Part shown: in pieces, positions 47,029-55,929 of the stretch
Numbering within the stretch: the first letter of the stretch is position 1
How the letters are laid out: every line of letters begins with the position of its first letter
Assembly (NCBI GenBank): GCA_017466345.1
Contig: JAFTUI010000001.1
Span: 13,808 to 77,807, forward strand
Origin: Tidjanibacter sp.
GTDB lineage: Bacteria; Bacteroidota; Bacteroidia; Bacteroidales; Rikenellaceae
Direction of reading: 5' to 3'
Length of the DNA stretch: 64,000 nt
The notes under the pieces: model-generated
Told to the model about the DNA's origin: nothing
Seen by the model: the letters and a program-made list of their open reading frames with translations, nothing else
Databases searched by the model: none
Made by a program: the position numbers and the translations under genes

Positions 47029-48669
47029 CTACTCCAAAGAGATGACAGGTTTTGTCTTTGTTGTGTAGAGGTCGTAATAGTAGTCCATATTCTCTGGCTC
47101 GTTGTCGAAGTGAGCACGCTCGCCACTCTGATTTTTACCCTCCTGAGGGAACACAAGGCTTGTGGGTATCCACCAATTGAGATTGGGATGATAGAGCAGC
47201 CAATCGGGGAGGTCGCCTGTCAGGCGGTTGTGATTGATACTGAAAAACCTTGTTTTGGTCATAATCTTCTTAATGCCCTCATCGACCAACTTACGAGGCA
47301 ATGTGTCGTTCGAGGCTGCCCAATCCTCTTCGCTATATACCTCAACCTCTGGATCGTCCTCGAATGTTGGGAGAGCACCTTGCAGGTAGTTTACAGAGAG
47401 GTTGAGGGTGTCGAGATTCCATTTGAGCAGATGCTCTGGGAACTTCTCCTCCTCAATGAAACCGCACAAGTCGGTGCGTGTGCTGTTGCTCAAATCGTAG
47501 ACCACCGATCGCTGGTTGGCGTTGAGTATGAGCGTGCGCAATTTGGGGAAGTTATCGGGATTGATAGCCTCCGGAACGGTCATAAAGTTATTACTACCCA
47601 AATTGAGGTATTCGAGATTCTCGAAGCGGAATTTATCCTTATCAAGTTCTGTTAAGCCGTGCGCACCAATGGTCAGGCGTTTGAGCTGTTGAAGGGTGAG
47701 AATATCTTCGCCAACACTCAGGCTTTTGAGGAAGGTGTTGGAGTTACCGAAGAAGAAGAGTTCTTCGGCAGCGGTCAGATACTTCACTTGGAAGGGGAGT
47801 TCCTCGTTTGTATTATAGATGAAGAACTCTGCATACCTCACACGACCCTTCTTGTCGGGGGTGTAGCCTTCGTGGTTCTCATTCCACAAAATTACTCCAT
47901 CCCAACGCTCCATAGGCACCGAAACGTCCCAACTCGAAAGGGTTTCGAGTGTTCGTTGTATGCTGACAAGTGCCACCGAGTCACCCTTACGGGTATTCTC
48001 CTCAATAGGCTCCGAAGCCTTCTGAATGACCTTCAAAACATCCTGACGCGCAAGGGTTATATCGCTACTCTGGGGCACAAAGCTAATCTCGGCGATGCGC
48101 TCCTCTGGCAGGGTGTTGATGTTCCACTCAAACTCCACATCGACCTTTCGGGGGCGAATACCCCTATTGAGGTCCAGATTGAACTTCTTGTTGTTTATCC
48201 AGCGAACACCATTAGGGATTACTACATCAAATGGAGTGTTTGCTACAACGCTGACGGTAAATCTGCGGTCTTTGTACGTCTTGTAGTTGTCGATTTTTAC
48301 CTCCTGCTTTTCGAGCTCTATGGAGTAGGGGAAACCCTCCTGCGTGACTTTGATGGTAAACCACTTGTTAGTCGTGAGGTTCTCAATCATAACCTCGTCA
48401 TAGCGCTCTGTGTGGTAGAGTGCAGAGTCGATGATAATCTCACAACTCGTGCTACCCTTACCATTGGCAGGCGATACGGTAATCCACGGTGCCTTCGTAG
48501 AGGCAATCCAGCTATCCTCGGAGTCGATACGGATTTTGCGTTTGCCACCCACAGCGTCAATTCTAATCTCGTTGGTGTCCGTAGCAAACTCCACAACGGG
48601 ATCCTCTACGCAACCGATGGTTAAGATGGCAACAAGTGCCATAGATATATGTCTGAATATATGTTTCAT
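47029..48669 (-). CDS. BACON plus leucine-rich-repeat lipoprotein
   Basis: Lipobox TIGC; BACON (WIAST..PWITVSP); LRR cap and repeats (LEYLNLGSN, LRTLILNAN, LNLSVNYLQG). Confidence 0.88.
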   Translation of the reverse strand: MKHIFRHISMALVAILTIGCVEDPVVEFATDTNEIRIDAVGGKRKIRIDSEDSWIASTKAPWITVSPANGKGSTSCEIIIDSALYHTERYDEVMIENLTTNKWFTIKVTQEGFPYSIELEKQEVKIDNYKTYKDRRFTVSVVANTPFDVVIPNGVRWINNKKFNLDLNRGIRPRKVDVEFEWNINTLPEERIAEISFVPQSSDITLARQDVLKVIQKASEPIEENTRKGDSVALVSIQRTLETLSSWDVSVPMERWDGVILWNENHEGYTPDKKGRVRYAEFFIYNTNEELPFQVKYLTAAEELFFFGNSNTFLKSLSVGEDILTLQQLKRLTIGAHGLTELDKDKFRFENLEYLNLGSNNFMTVPEAINPDNFPKLRTLILNANQRSVVYDLSNSTRTDLCGFIEEEKFPEHLLKWNLDTLNLSVNYLQGALPTFEDDPEVEVYSEEDWAASNDTLPRKLVDEGIKKIMTKTRFFSINHNRLTGDLPDWLLYHPNLNWWIPTSLVFPQEGKNQSGERAHFDNEPENMDYYYDLYTTKTKPVISLE

Positions 48670-48699
48670 AGCTAACTCTTATTTTGCCTGTTACTATTC

Positions 48700-51366
48700 T
48701 TAATCCATCATTGCGCTACATCCGACAATCTCTTGTGTCTTGTCGTAGATGAGTATGTAGGCGCCCACGCTCCACGCATAGCAGATACCCGAAGCATCCA
48801 AATAGATGTTGGGGTTGTCGCTAATGTCGAGGTAGTAGATGAGTGTCGAGATGGTGTCGTCAATCACTCCGAGATTGTTGGAGCCGAGATACAGGCCCCT
48901 AAGTCCTCGGTGGTTGCCGATACCCTGTGGCCACTCGCTAAGGCAACGACTACCGTTCTCATCGCGCTGACTACGCACTGCAAGCACAGTCAGTCCCGAA
49001 CTATCGAGAGGTTCGTAGGGGAACTCGCTGAATGAGTTGAACGAAACATCCACACCATAGAGGTAGGGGAGGTTTTGGGCATTCATATCCTTGGGGAATT
49101 TCGATATGTTGTTGTACGAAAGGTCCATAGAGGTCAGATTGACGCTGTTTTTACCCGTAAACGAGCCCTCGGGAACTTCGCTAATCTCGTTAGCCCTAAG
49201 GATGATATATGCCACCGTAGAACCACTCTCAATGAGTATCTTGGGATACTTCGTGAATTTGTTATGCGTGAGAGTGAAGGTCTCTACCTTGATACCCTTA
49301 TAGGTGCCGTCCTCTTCTCCCTCGAAACCATCTATCTGGTTGCCCGCAAAGCTTACCGATGCAATGGTAAATACACTGTTGGCATTGAAGATGTTGGGTA
49401 CTTTTGTCAGGCGGTTGTAGTTTACCGAGAAGGTCTCCACATCGTCATAACCGCAGAAATATCCATCTTCATCTTTGGGCAACTCGGTGATGAGGTTGTT
49501 GTCCAAATAGAGTTGCACAAACGACACACCTTTTCCCAGAGGGTGGAGTTTAGAGATTTTGTTGAAAGCCAAGTCGAGCAGTCCGAGTTTCTTCATATTC
49601 TTGAACGAGGCGGGGAGCTCTTCGAGGTTGTTCTGGCGGCAGTAGAGGATCTGTATCTTCTCGCTGCTGGGACCTGTTGCCAAGCCATCAAGACCTTTGT
49701 AAATCTCCTCGGCACTCCACTGAGCATTGTTCGAGAGGTTGAGCGATATGAGCTCAGGCATCTCGGTAATAGCCATTGGGAATTCGGTCATACGAGAGCA
49801 GTTGTAAATCTCCAAGTCGGTCAGCGAAGTGAGGTTCTTAATCGTGCTGGGAATGCTCTCTATGGTGCTGTTTGCAATGTAGAGGTATTCGAGGTTAGTA
49901 AGGTTGCCAATCTCATCGGGCAGACTTACCAGACCGTTGCATATTGCACCGTGCGAAGAGTCCATAAGCGATATGTTGCGTTGCACACCGCTCTTGGGGT
50001 CGATAATCTCGCTCTCACTCATATTCTCATAGAGTTTCATCTCTGGGATAGAGATGCCATTCTCTGCCAAAGCCCTTGCACAAGGCTCCGATATTTGAAT
50101 GGGAGTGTGGATGGTGCGCAACCACTCTCCGTGCAGAGCCATACGATTGCGGCTACGCTCCGAGAGACTCTTGTTGTGGTCGAGGGTGGGGTCGTAGTAG
50201 GTAAAATTGTTGTCGTTGTGAGTACCCAAGTAGAGCTCCACCAACTCCGTGAGCCTGCCGATAGAGGGCGAGAGTTCGCCCCTGATGCCAAAGCCGCTCA
50301 AATCGAGGAACGCCACACGACCATTGGCGTGGAGTTTGACACCCGGCTGGTCGCCCCACAGGTCTACATCCTTATTGAAGTCCCAATTGCAACCCTGTGG
50401 GTGCTCCTCGCCAACGTAGTACCATTCCTCGCCATTCAGGCTCTCCCAAATATCCCTAAGGGCGTAGTAGTCCTGAATGTACTTGTCGGTCGCGTAGAGA
50501 GTGATAGCCACCTTCGCCTCTGTAATTTCGTTGTCGCGAATTACAAAGGGGCTCTCGGCGGGATTATTCTTGGTTTCGAGTATGACATTGTTCGAGTCGT
50601 ATGTTTCGTATCTCGATACGACATACTCTCCCGTGGGAAGCCAAACGAGGGTATCGCACTTGATAGACGAGGTCTTGTAGCCATCATCGTCTATGCCATT
50701 ATCCTCGAAATGCATATCGAACTCGCAAGGAATATCTTTTATAGTTATGGTGGTGTTGGTGCTCTTGCGCTTGATGGTGATATTTACCTTGTCAATCTCA
50801 TCGAATGTGTATTCACGATTGGCAGCACGAGTTCCCTCCTCGTTGTTAAAACCGCTCATATCTTTGAAGAGCGAGAATTGCACCTTACCACGATTTACAA
50901 CATTGACTGCGATGTCGTGGACACTCACGCCTCCGTTGCAAATGCTAATGTTGCGATCCCCCTCAGGGTCGCCGAGGTAAATCTCTCTATCCTCTTTGTC
51001 GTAGAGCGTAAAAGTGATGATTTGGTAGTCGCCTGCCAAGAGTTTCAGCTTCTCGCTGCGCAAGCCCCACTCGGCAGCATCTCCTTCGCCACTACTCAGG
51101 CGCAGAGTTTGCGCAATTGTGGATGTGCCATAGCGCAAAGTCACTTTGACTTTGTGAGCCTCCGAGAGCCACTCCAACTCATTTTTTTCGAGGTTGGAAG
51201 CCTTCGTGGTGCTCTCTGATTGAGTGTCGGCGACCTTCTTGTAGAGTTTGAACTGAACGTAGCCGTAGCCATCGTTAATTCCAATCTCTTCGGGGCTGGC
51301 ACACGAAGCCATAATTGCCACAATGAGTGCCATCGCCACCCCTCTTATCGTTATTCCAAGTTGCAT
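48700..51366 (-). CDS. DUF4458-like plus leucine-rich-repeat lipoprotein
   Basis: Lipobox MASC; two Ig-like N-terminal repeats; plant-type LRR cap (WGDQPGV...GRVAFLDLSGFGIRGELSPSIGRL); more than 10 LRRs. Confidence 0.9.
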   Translation of the reverse strand: MQLGITIRGVAMALIVAIMASCASPEEIGINDGYGYVQFKLYKKVADTQSESTTKASNLEKNELEWLSEAHKVKVTLRYGTSTIAQTLRLSSGEGDAAEWGLRSEKLKLLAGDYQIITFTLYDKEDREIYLGDPEGDRNISICNGGVSVHDIAVNVVNRGKVQFSLFKDMSGFNNEEGTRAANREYTFDEIDKVNITIKRKSTNTTITIKDIPCEFDMHFEDNGIDDDGYKTSSIKCDTLVWLPTGEYVVSRYETYDSNNVILETKNNPAESPFVIRDNEITEAKVAITLYATDKYIQDYYALRDIWESLNGEEWYYVGEEHPQGCNWDFNKDVDLWGDQPGVKLHANGRVAFLDLSGFGIRGELSPSIGRLTELVELYLGTHNDNNFTYYDPTLDHNKSLSERSRNRMALHGEWLRTIHTPIQISEPCARALAENGISIPEMKLYENMSESEIIDPKSGVQRNISLMDSSHGAICNGLVSLPDEIGNLTNLEYLYIANSTIESIPSTIKNLTSLTDLEIYNCSRMTEFPMAITEMPELISLNLSNNAQWSAEEIYKGLDGLATGPSSEKIQILYCRQNNLEELPASFKNMKKLGLLDLAFNKISKLHPLGKGVSFVQLYLDNNLITELPKDEDGYFCGYDDVETFSVNYNRLTKVPNIFNANSVFTIASVSFAGNQIDGFEGEEDGTYKGIKVETFTLTHNKFTKYPKILIESGSTVAYIILRANEISEVPEGSFTGKNSVNLTSMDLSYNNISKFPKDMNAQNLPYLYGVDVSFNSFSEFPYEPLDSSGLTVLAVRSQRDENGSRCLSEWPQGIGNHRGLRGLYLGSNNLGVIDDTISTLIYYLDISDNPNIYLDASGICYAWSVGAYILIYDKTQEIVGCSAMMD

Positions 51367-51393
51367 AATAGTATGGATTTGTAAGCGTGAGGA

Positions 51394-53412
51394 TTAGAGT
51401 TGATAAACCACGGTTAATTGTACTGCCTGAACATATCCCTCGCCATAGAGTGTGAGATTTGAGCGTACCTCTGTCACACCTGCCTCTACTTCTGGTAACT
51501 CTGCGGTGTCGATGTGGATTGTAACCCTACCCGTTCCCTCGGTAGTGTAGAACCACGATGCATAGGGATAGGATATGAGATAGTTTGGCACAATCAGAGT
51601 TGCCTCCTGACAATTCTCGTTTAGGGTAAGCATATACTGCAAAGTGCCCACAAAAGCCATCTCGATTGAGTATTCAGCCATATCTTTGGTAATCTCTTTG
51701 AGGTTTGCACCAAGTGCATCATAATCCTTGTCGTTTGCAAAGACTACCGAGCCTTCGGGACGGTCTATGGGTGTGGTGTAGTTGGGATCGAGGATGAAAT
51801 AGATGAATGCAAAAGCCTCATCTTTGTTGAATGCCTCTTCGCTTTCGTAGAAGAAGATGAAAGCCTCGTTTTCGCCACCATCGCCAGCGTAGGGGTTTGT
51901 GTAGGTATACCCCTCAATAGTCTCTCCCAAACGGCTCTTAATCTTATAGCCGTTCTCCAAATCTTTGTGTTCCTCGCTTGGCTCTATGGTAAGCCAGCAA
52001 GTGTCGTTGTCGTATACAGACGACTCATTGAAACCATAAATCTTGTAATTGGCGATAGGTTTGGCAAAAATCAAATCGTCGCCCGAATTATTGCCCTGGT
52101 AGGTGAGTTTATAGGCATAGGGAACTTGGCTCCAAGCACCAACGTAGGGCCACGAGCCACTTGTTAACTTCTCGAATTTTGAGTTGTAGGCAGCCATAAT
52201 CTCCTCGTCATTGACAATAATAGCTTCGTTAGACTCAATAATCTTCATTACCTGTTGGGTGATGGTGCATACGATGTAGTCGTTGTAGTTGGTGGCACCA
52301 GCCGTTACAGCCGATACGGGGAGTGCGGCAATTGCACCCTCGCGCTGTGAAGTGGTGGTGTTGGCACTAACGTCAAACATAAAGGAACGCTCCCACACGC
52401 CATAGTCGCCAGCCTCCTCGGGAATATCCTCCGTGATGGTATACGTCATCCAGTCTGCACCCTCGGTGGTGTAGGTGCCATCGGCATTCTTATTGAGTAG
52501 AATGAGCATAGCGCCACGGGGCGAACTGATGCGTGCGTTGGCAAAGTCAGTATAAGAATCCGAGGAAGTCTGGAAATACTCGCCTTCGGCATTGAAGATG
52601 AGTGACTCGGGAAGAGTTACCTCGCAAATATCCTTACAACCCTCCATCGTGGTAGGATAGGAGCCGATAGCCTCAAAATTGGACTCTGTGCTATTGGTAA
52701 GGTAGATAAGACCAAATTCGATGTCACAGGCGACATCTTCGAGTGGCAACTGCTCTCTATTAACCCTCAGGAAGAGTTCTGTACGACCTGCGGTTCCTTC
52801 TGTTGCGTTGAGGTTGAGCCAAGCAGGAGCATCGGGCGAGAGATACCAATCAAAGTTAGCCTCTATCACAATCCTCTGCATCCACTGTGCGTTGCTCCAT
52901 ACCCAGTCGAGTCTTTCGGCAGGGGTGGAGGAGTAGATGTAGTTGTCATCAGCATCGGTTGAGAACATAATATCGCCGGTCTCCTCATCGGTGTAGTTTT
53001 CAGCAACATACATTACCAAGGTGTGCTCCTTACCGCCACGAGTAAGTTCGGCAACGACCTTTGTTTCGTTGCCCATAGTCATCTCAATGGCGCACACCCT
53101 AACAGTGTTGAACTCCTCAATATCGGATACGCCAACCGTAATGGTGTGAGTACCTGCCTCGCCATTCATATCCTGGCGTTCAACCGCACCGATAATAAAT
53201 TTGAAGTATGTGGCAACTTCATCGGGAATTTGCAGTTTCCACGACATATTGGCAGTGAAGGAGAACTCATACTCCTCGCCAGCCTCCACCGAGGCAGTTA
53301 TCTTCTCAGGGAAAATAGGGGTTACCTCCTCTGGTACCTCGTTACAACCAACAAAGGTCATTGCAGCACTCGCCGCAAGTGCCATCAACATATTGATTAT
53401 ACCTCTTTTCAT
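51394..53412 (-). CDS. Large hypothetical surface lipoprotein (DUF5003-like, tentative)
   Basis: Lipobox FVGC followed by acidic residues; BACON-like segments. Confidence 0.75.
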   Translation of the reverse strand: MKRGIINMLMALAASAAMTFVGCNEVPEEVTPIFPEKITASVEAGEEYEFSFTANMSWKLQIPDEVATYFKFIIGAVERQDMNGEAGTHTITVGVSDIEEFNTVRVCAIEMTMGNETKVVAELTRGGKEHTLVMYVAENYTDEETGDIMFSTDADDNYIYSSTPAERLDWVWSNAQWMQRIVIEANFDWYLSPDAPAWLNLNATEGTAGRTELFLRVNREQLPLEDVACDIEFGLIYLTNSTESNFEAIGSYPTTMEGCKDICEVTLPESLIFNAEGEYFQTSSDSYTDFANARISSPRGAMLILLNKNADGTYTTEGADWMTYTITEDIPEEAGDYGVWERSFMFDVSANTTTSQREGAIAALPVSAVTAGATNYNDYIVCTITQQVMKIIESNEAIIVNDEEIMAAYNSKFEKLTSGSWPYVGAWSQVPYAYKLTYQGNNSGDDLIFAKPIANYKIYGFNESSVYDNDTCWLTIEPSEEHKDLENGYKIKSRLGETIEGYTYTNPYAGDGGENEAFIFFYESEEAFNKDEAFAFIYFILDPNYTTPIDRPEGSVVFANDKDYDALGANLKEITKDMAEYSIEMAFVGTLQYMLTLNENCQEATLIVPNYLISYPYASWFYTTEGTGRVTIHIDTAELPEVEAGVTEVRSNLTLYGEGYVQAVQLTVVYQL

Positions 53413-53445
53413 ACTCATATCTTTTTTTTGTTTTTATTTTTCACT

Positions 53446-54354
53446 CTATTGCAATTGTTTGCGGAGGTCATCTGCCTCCTCTTTGGTTATCCACTCTACG
53501 ATGTTGTAGAAGTGACCTACGGTGCCGACAGCCTCGCCCAAATCCTCAACATAGACGTGTGCCCATAGCACCACAAAGTTCTCACAAGTGTTGAAGTAGG
53601 ATGCGTAGTAGGGACTATGGCTAATGAGTATCCTGTTGTCGCCGTGGAACATACCAAGCACCGAACCTTCGTCACTCATCACTTGCTCCTCCATCCTCAC
53701 GAGCGGATTCTCAGGGTCGCCAGCCTGCAACTTAATGTTCAGGTCGTAGCCATCATAGAAGCAGTCCCTGAGGATGATAGTATTCTTCTCGGTGGGGTGC
53801 TGCTCTGTTTCGATGATGCGCTGATAGGAGACATTGTCGCCAGGGTAGTTCTGCAATATCATCGAGCTTACGATAGCATAGCCCGTATAGTTGTTAATAT
53901 CGAATGGGCAGTATTTGTACATCACAACTTTGCTCTGTGTGCCATCCTCATAGAGGTCGTTCCACTCCATCTCTTCGGGCACCACAAGGTGGAGGATAAA
54001 ACCGAGTGAGTCGGCAGCTGCGATGTTGTCGTACATACCCTTAACCCTCACTTCGCCCGCAAGTTCGCCCGCAGGGATAGTTACACTATTAGACAGCAGG
54101 CGGTAGTGTAGCCCTTCGATGGCATTGCTACCCTTGTCGATGACCTCCACGCCAAATGTGCGGTCGCTCTTGCTCTTGGCGGTAGCCGACACCATAACGC
54201 TGAAATAGTCTTGGTCTTGCTCCACAAGGAAGTACTGCTCCTGCTCGGCAAACATAACATAGTTGGTGTCTTGGAGTGTTATATAACGCTCCTGGCAGCT
54301 CACCAAAGCCCACAACGCAAGTATTACGGTTATATATATAGGTGTGTGTTTCAT
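53446..54354 (-). CDS. SusC/D-associated lipoprotein (DUF4984-like, tentative)
   Basis: Lipobox LVSC; GSNAIEGLHY...VTIPAGE Calx/Ig-like pattern; start moved to MKHTPI. Confidence 0.78.
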   Translation of the reverse strand: MKHTPIYITVILALWALVSCQERYITLQDTNYVMFAEQEQYFLVEQDQDYFSVMVSATAKSKSDRTFGVEVIDKGSNAIEGLHYRLLSNSVTIPAGELAGEVRVKGMYDNIAAADSLGFILHLVVPEEMEWNDLYEDGTQSKVVMYKYCPFDINNYTGYAIVSSMILQNYPGDNVSYQRIIETEQHPTEKNTIILRDCFYDGYDLNIKLQAGDPENPLVRMEEQVMSDEGSVLGMFHGDNRILISHSPYYASYFNTCENFVVLWAHVYVEDLGEAVGTVGHFYNIVEWITKEEADDLRKQLQ

Positions 54355-54379
54355 ATCTTGGTTGTTTTTCGGTTGTTTC

Positions 54380-55915
54380 TTATTTGTTACTCTCGTTTGG
54401 TGCGACTTCCGAGCCCGGGGCTTCCAATTCGTGTTGTGGAATGGGCCATACAAGGCGTGGATCGTCTGCCTTAATACTCAGACTGCTACCCTCGGCAAGC
54501 GAACTCTTCTGAGGAGTGCGGGTAAAGCCTTCGCCATTCCTATAAAGCGAGCCCCAACGCTTGATGTCCTGCAATCGGTGCCCCTCCATATAGAGTTCCC
54601 TAACCCTTTCGTTGGCAATCTGCTCAATGTAGTTCTCAGCAGTGAGCGAAATGGCTCCACCGCTCTGCAAGCGACTCTCGCGCAGTGTGCTAATATCTTT
54701 CGAGGCTTTCGAGAAGTCGGGATTTTGTTTGCGGCAGTAAGCCTCGGCACGAATCAGATACTGCTCTGCCAAGCGGAATGGCTTGGGCATCGAAACGTGG
54801 TAGATGTAGTTGCTAATAAAGTCTTGGTTGCCATAGTATTTTACAAGCAAGGGCCACTGTAAGCCGTGGTCGTAGCCTGTGGATAGGGTGGCAAAATAAC
54901 TGTTATAGCGCAAATCGCCCGAAGTGTAGAGGTCCAAAACCCACTGAGCAGGCACATAGTCGGGGTAGTAGTAGGTGTAGTCGTTGTTGAAATTGAGGAA
55001 TACTTGACCGAGTGCTCCTCCCATTGAGGTCGGTGTGAAGCCTACTCGCCAGATACACTCGGTAGCAAGGTCGTAGTTCCACATATAGTCGAAGAAGGAC
55101 ATCTCGGCGGTGTACATTTGATTGGTTGCCGAGAGAGAGTACATTCCCTCCTCGTGGTCAATAACTGCCGAGGAGTGCTCGATAGCCTCATCCCATTCCT
55201 GCATATAGAGTGCAACTCTTGCGTGGAGGGCGTGAGCCACAGCATTGGTCATATAGTAACTGCTGTACACGTCATAGTCGGGGTCCAGTATCTCCTCTGC
55301 TTTTTCGAGGTCCTCAACAACAAACTTATAGGAGTCTTTCAATGAGGCTCTAATGCTCTTTTCGGGGGTGGAGTAACCCTTGCGCAACACCACGCCAAGT
55401 TCGTTGTCGGCAGTTGCGCGGTCGTAAGCCTTGCAGTAGAGTTTCAGCAACTCCGAATAGCAAAGTGCGCGAATGGCATACACCTCGCCGGTGTATTGCT
55501 CCAAGATGGTAATCCTCTCATCGTCTGTCTGTTTGGCGATGATGGAGTCTATACGTTCGAGGTAGAAGTTACAATTACTGATTATGCTATACAGCGAGGC
55601 ATAGACAGCCTCCACCTCGCTATTGGTGGAGCGTATGTCCCACAGCCAATGCTGACCATAGGTGTTCGAATAGCCATCAACGGCATATACGAGGTCGGCT
55701 TGGATGTCGGGTAAAAGGGTTAGTGCACCACTCCATAGAGCACTGCTCTTCATCATCGAATAGATACCCGTCACGGTCTGCTCGGCATCGTTATAGGACT
55801 GCATAGCCTCATCTATGGGAATTGCCGACTGAGGCATCTTGTCCAAACACGAGGTGGTAGACACCATCAACGAGAGTGCTACCACAAAATATATCATCTT
55901 TTTCATCATTTTCAT
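54380..55915 (-). CDS. SusD/RagB family lipoprotein
   Basis: Lipobox TTSC; GEVYAIRALCY, LHARVALY, FRLAEQYLIRAEA and ERVRELYMEGHR motifs. Confidence 0.95.
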   Translation of the reverse strand: MKMMKKMIYFVVALSLMVSTTSCLDKMPQSAIPIDEAMQSYNDAEQTVTGIYSMMKSSALWSGALTLLPDIQADLVYAVDGYSNTYGQHWLWDIRSTNSEVEAVYASLYSIISNCNFYLERIDSIIAKQTDDERITILEQYTGEVYAIRALCYSELLKLYCKAYDRATADNELGVVLRKGYSTPEKSIRASLKDSYKFVVEDLEKAEEILDPDYDVYSSYYMTNAVAHALHARVALYMQEWDEAIEHSSAVIDHEEGMYSLSATNQMYTAEMSFFDYMWNYDLATECIWRVGFTPTSMGGALGQVFLNFNNDYTYYYPDYVPAQWVLDLYTSGDLRYNSYFATLSTGYDHGLQWPLLVKYYGNQDFISNYIYHVSMPKPFRLAEQYLIRAEAYCRKQNPDFSKASKDISTLRESRLQSGGAISLTAENYIEQIANERVRELYMEGHRLQDIKRWGSLYRNGEGFTRTPQKSSLAEGSSLSIKADDPRLVWPIPQHELEAPGSEVAPNESNK

Positions 55916-55929
55916 ACTCGCAAGCGGTG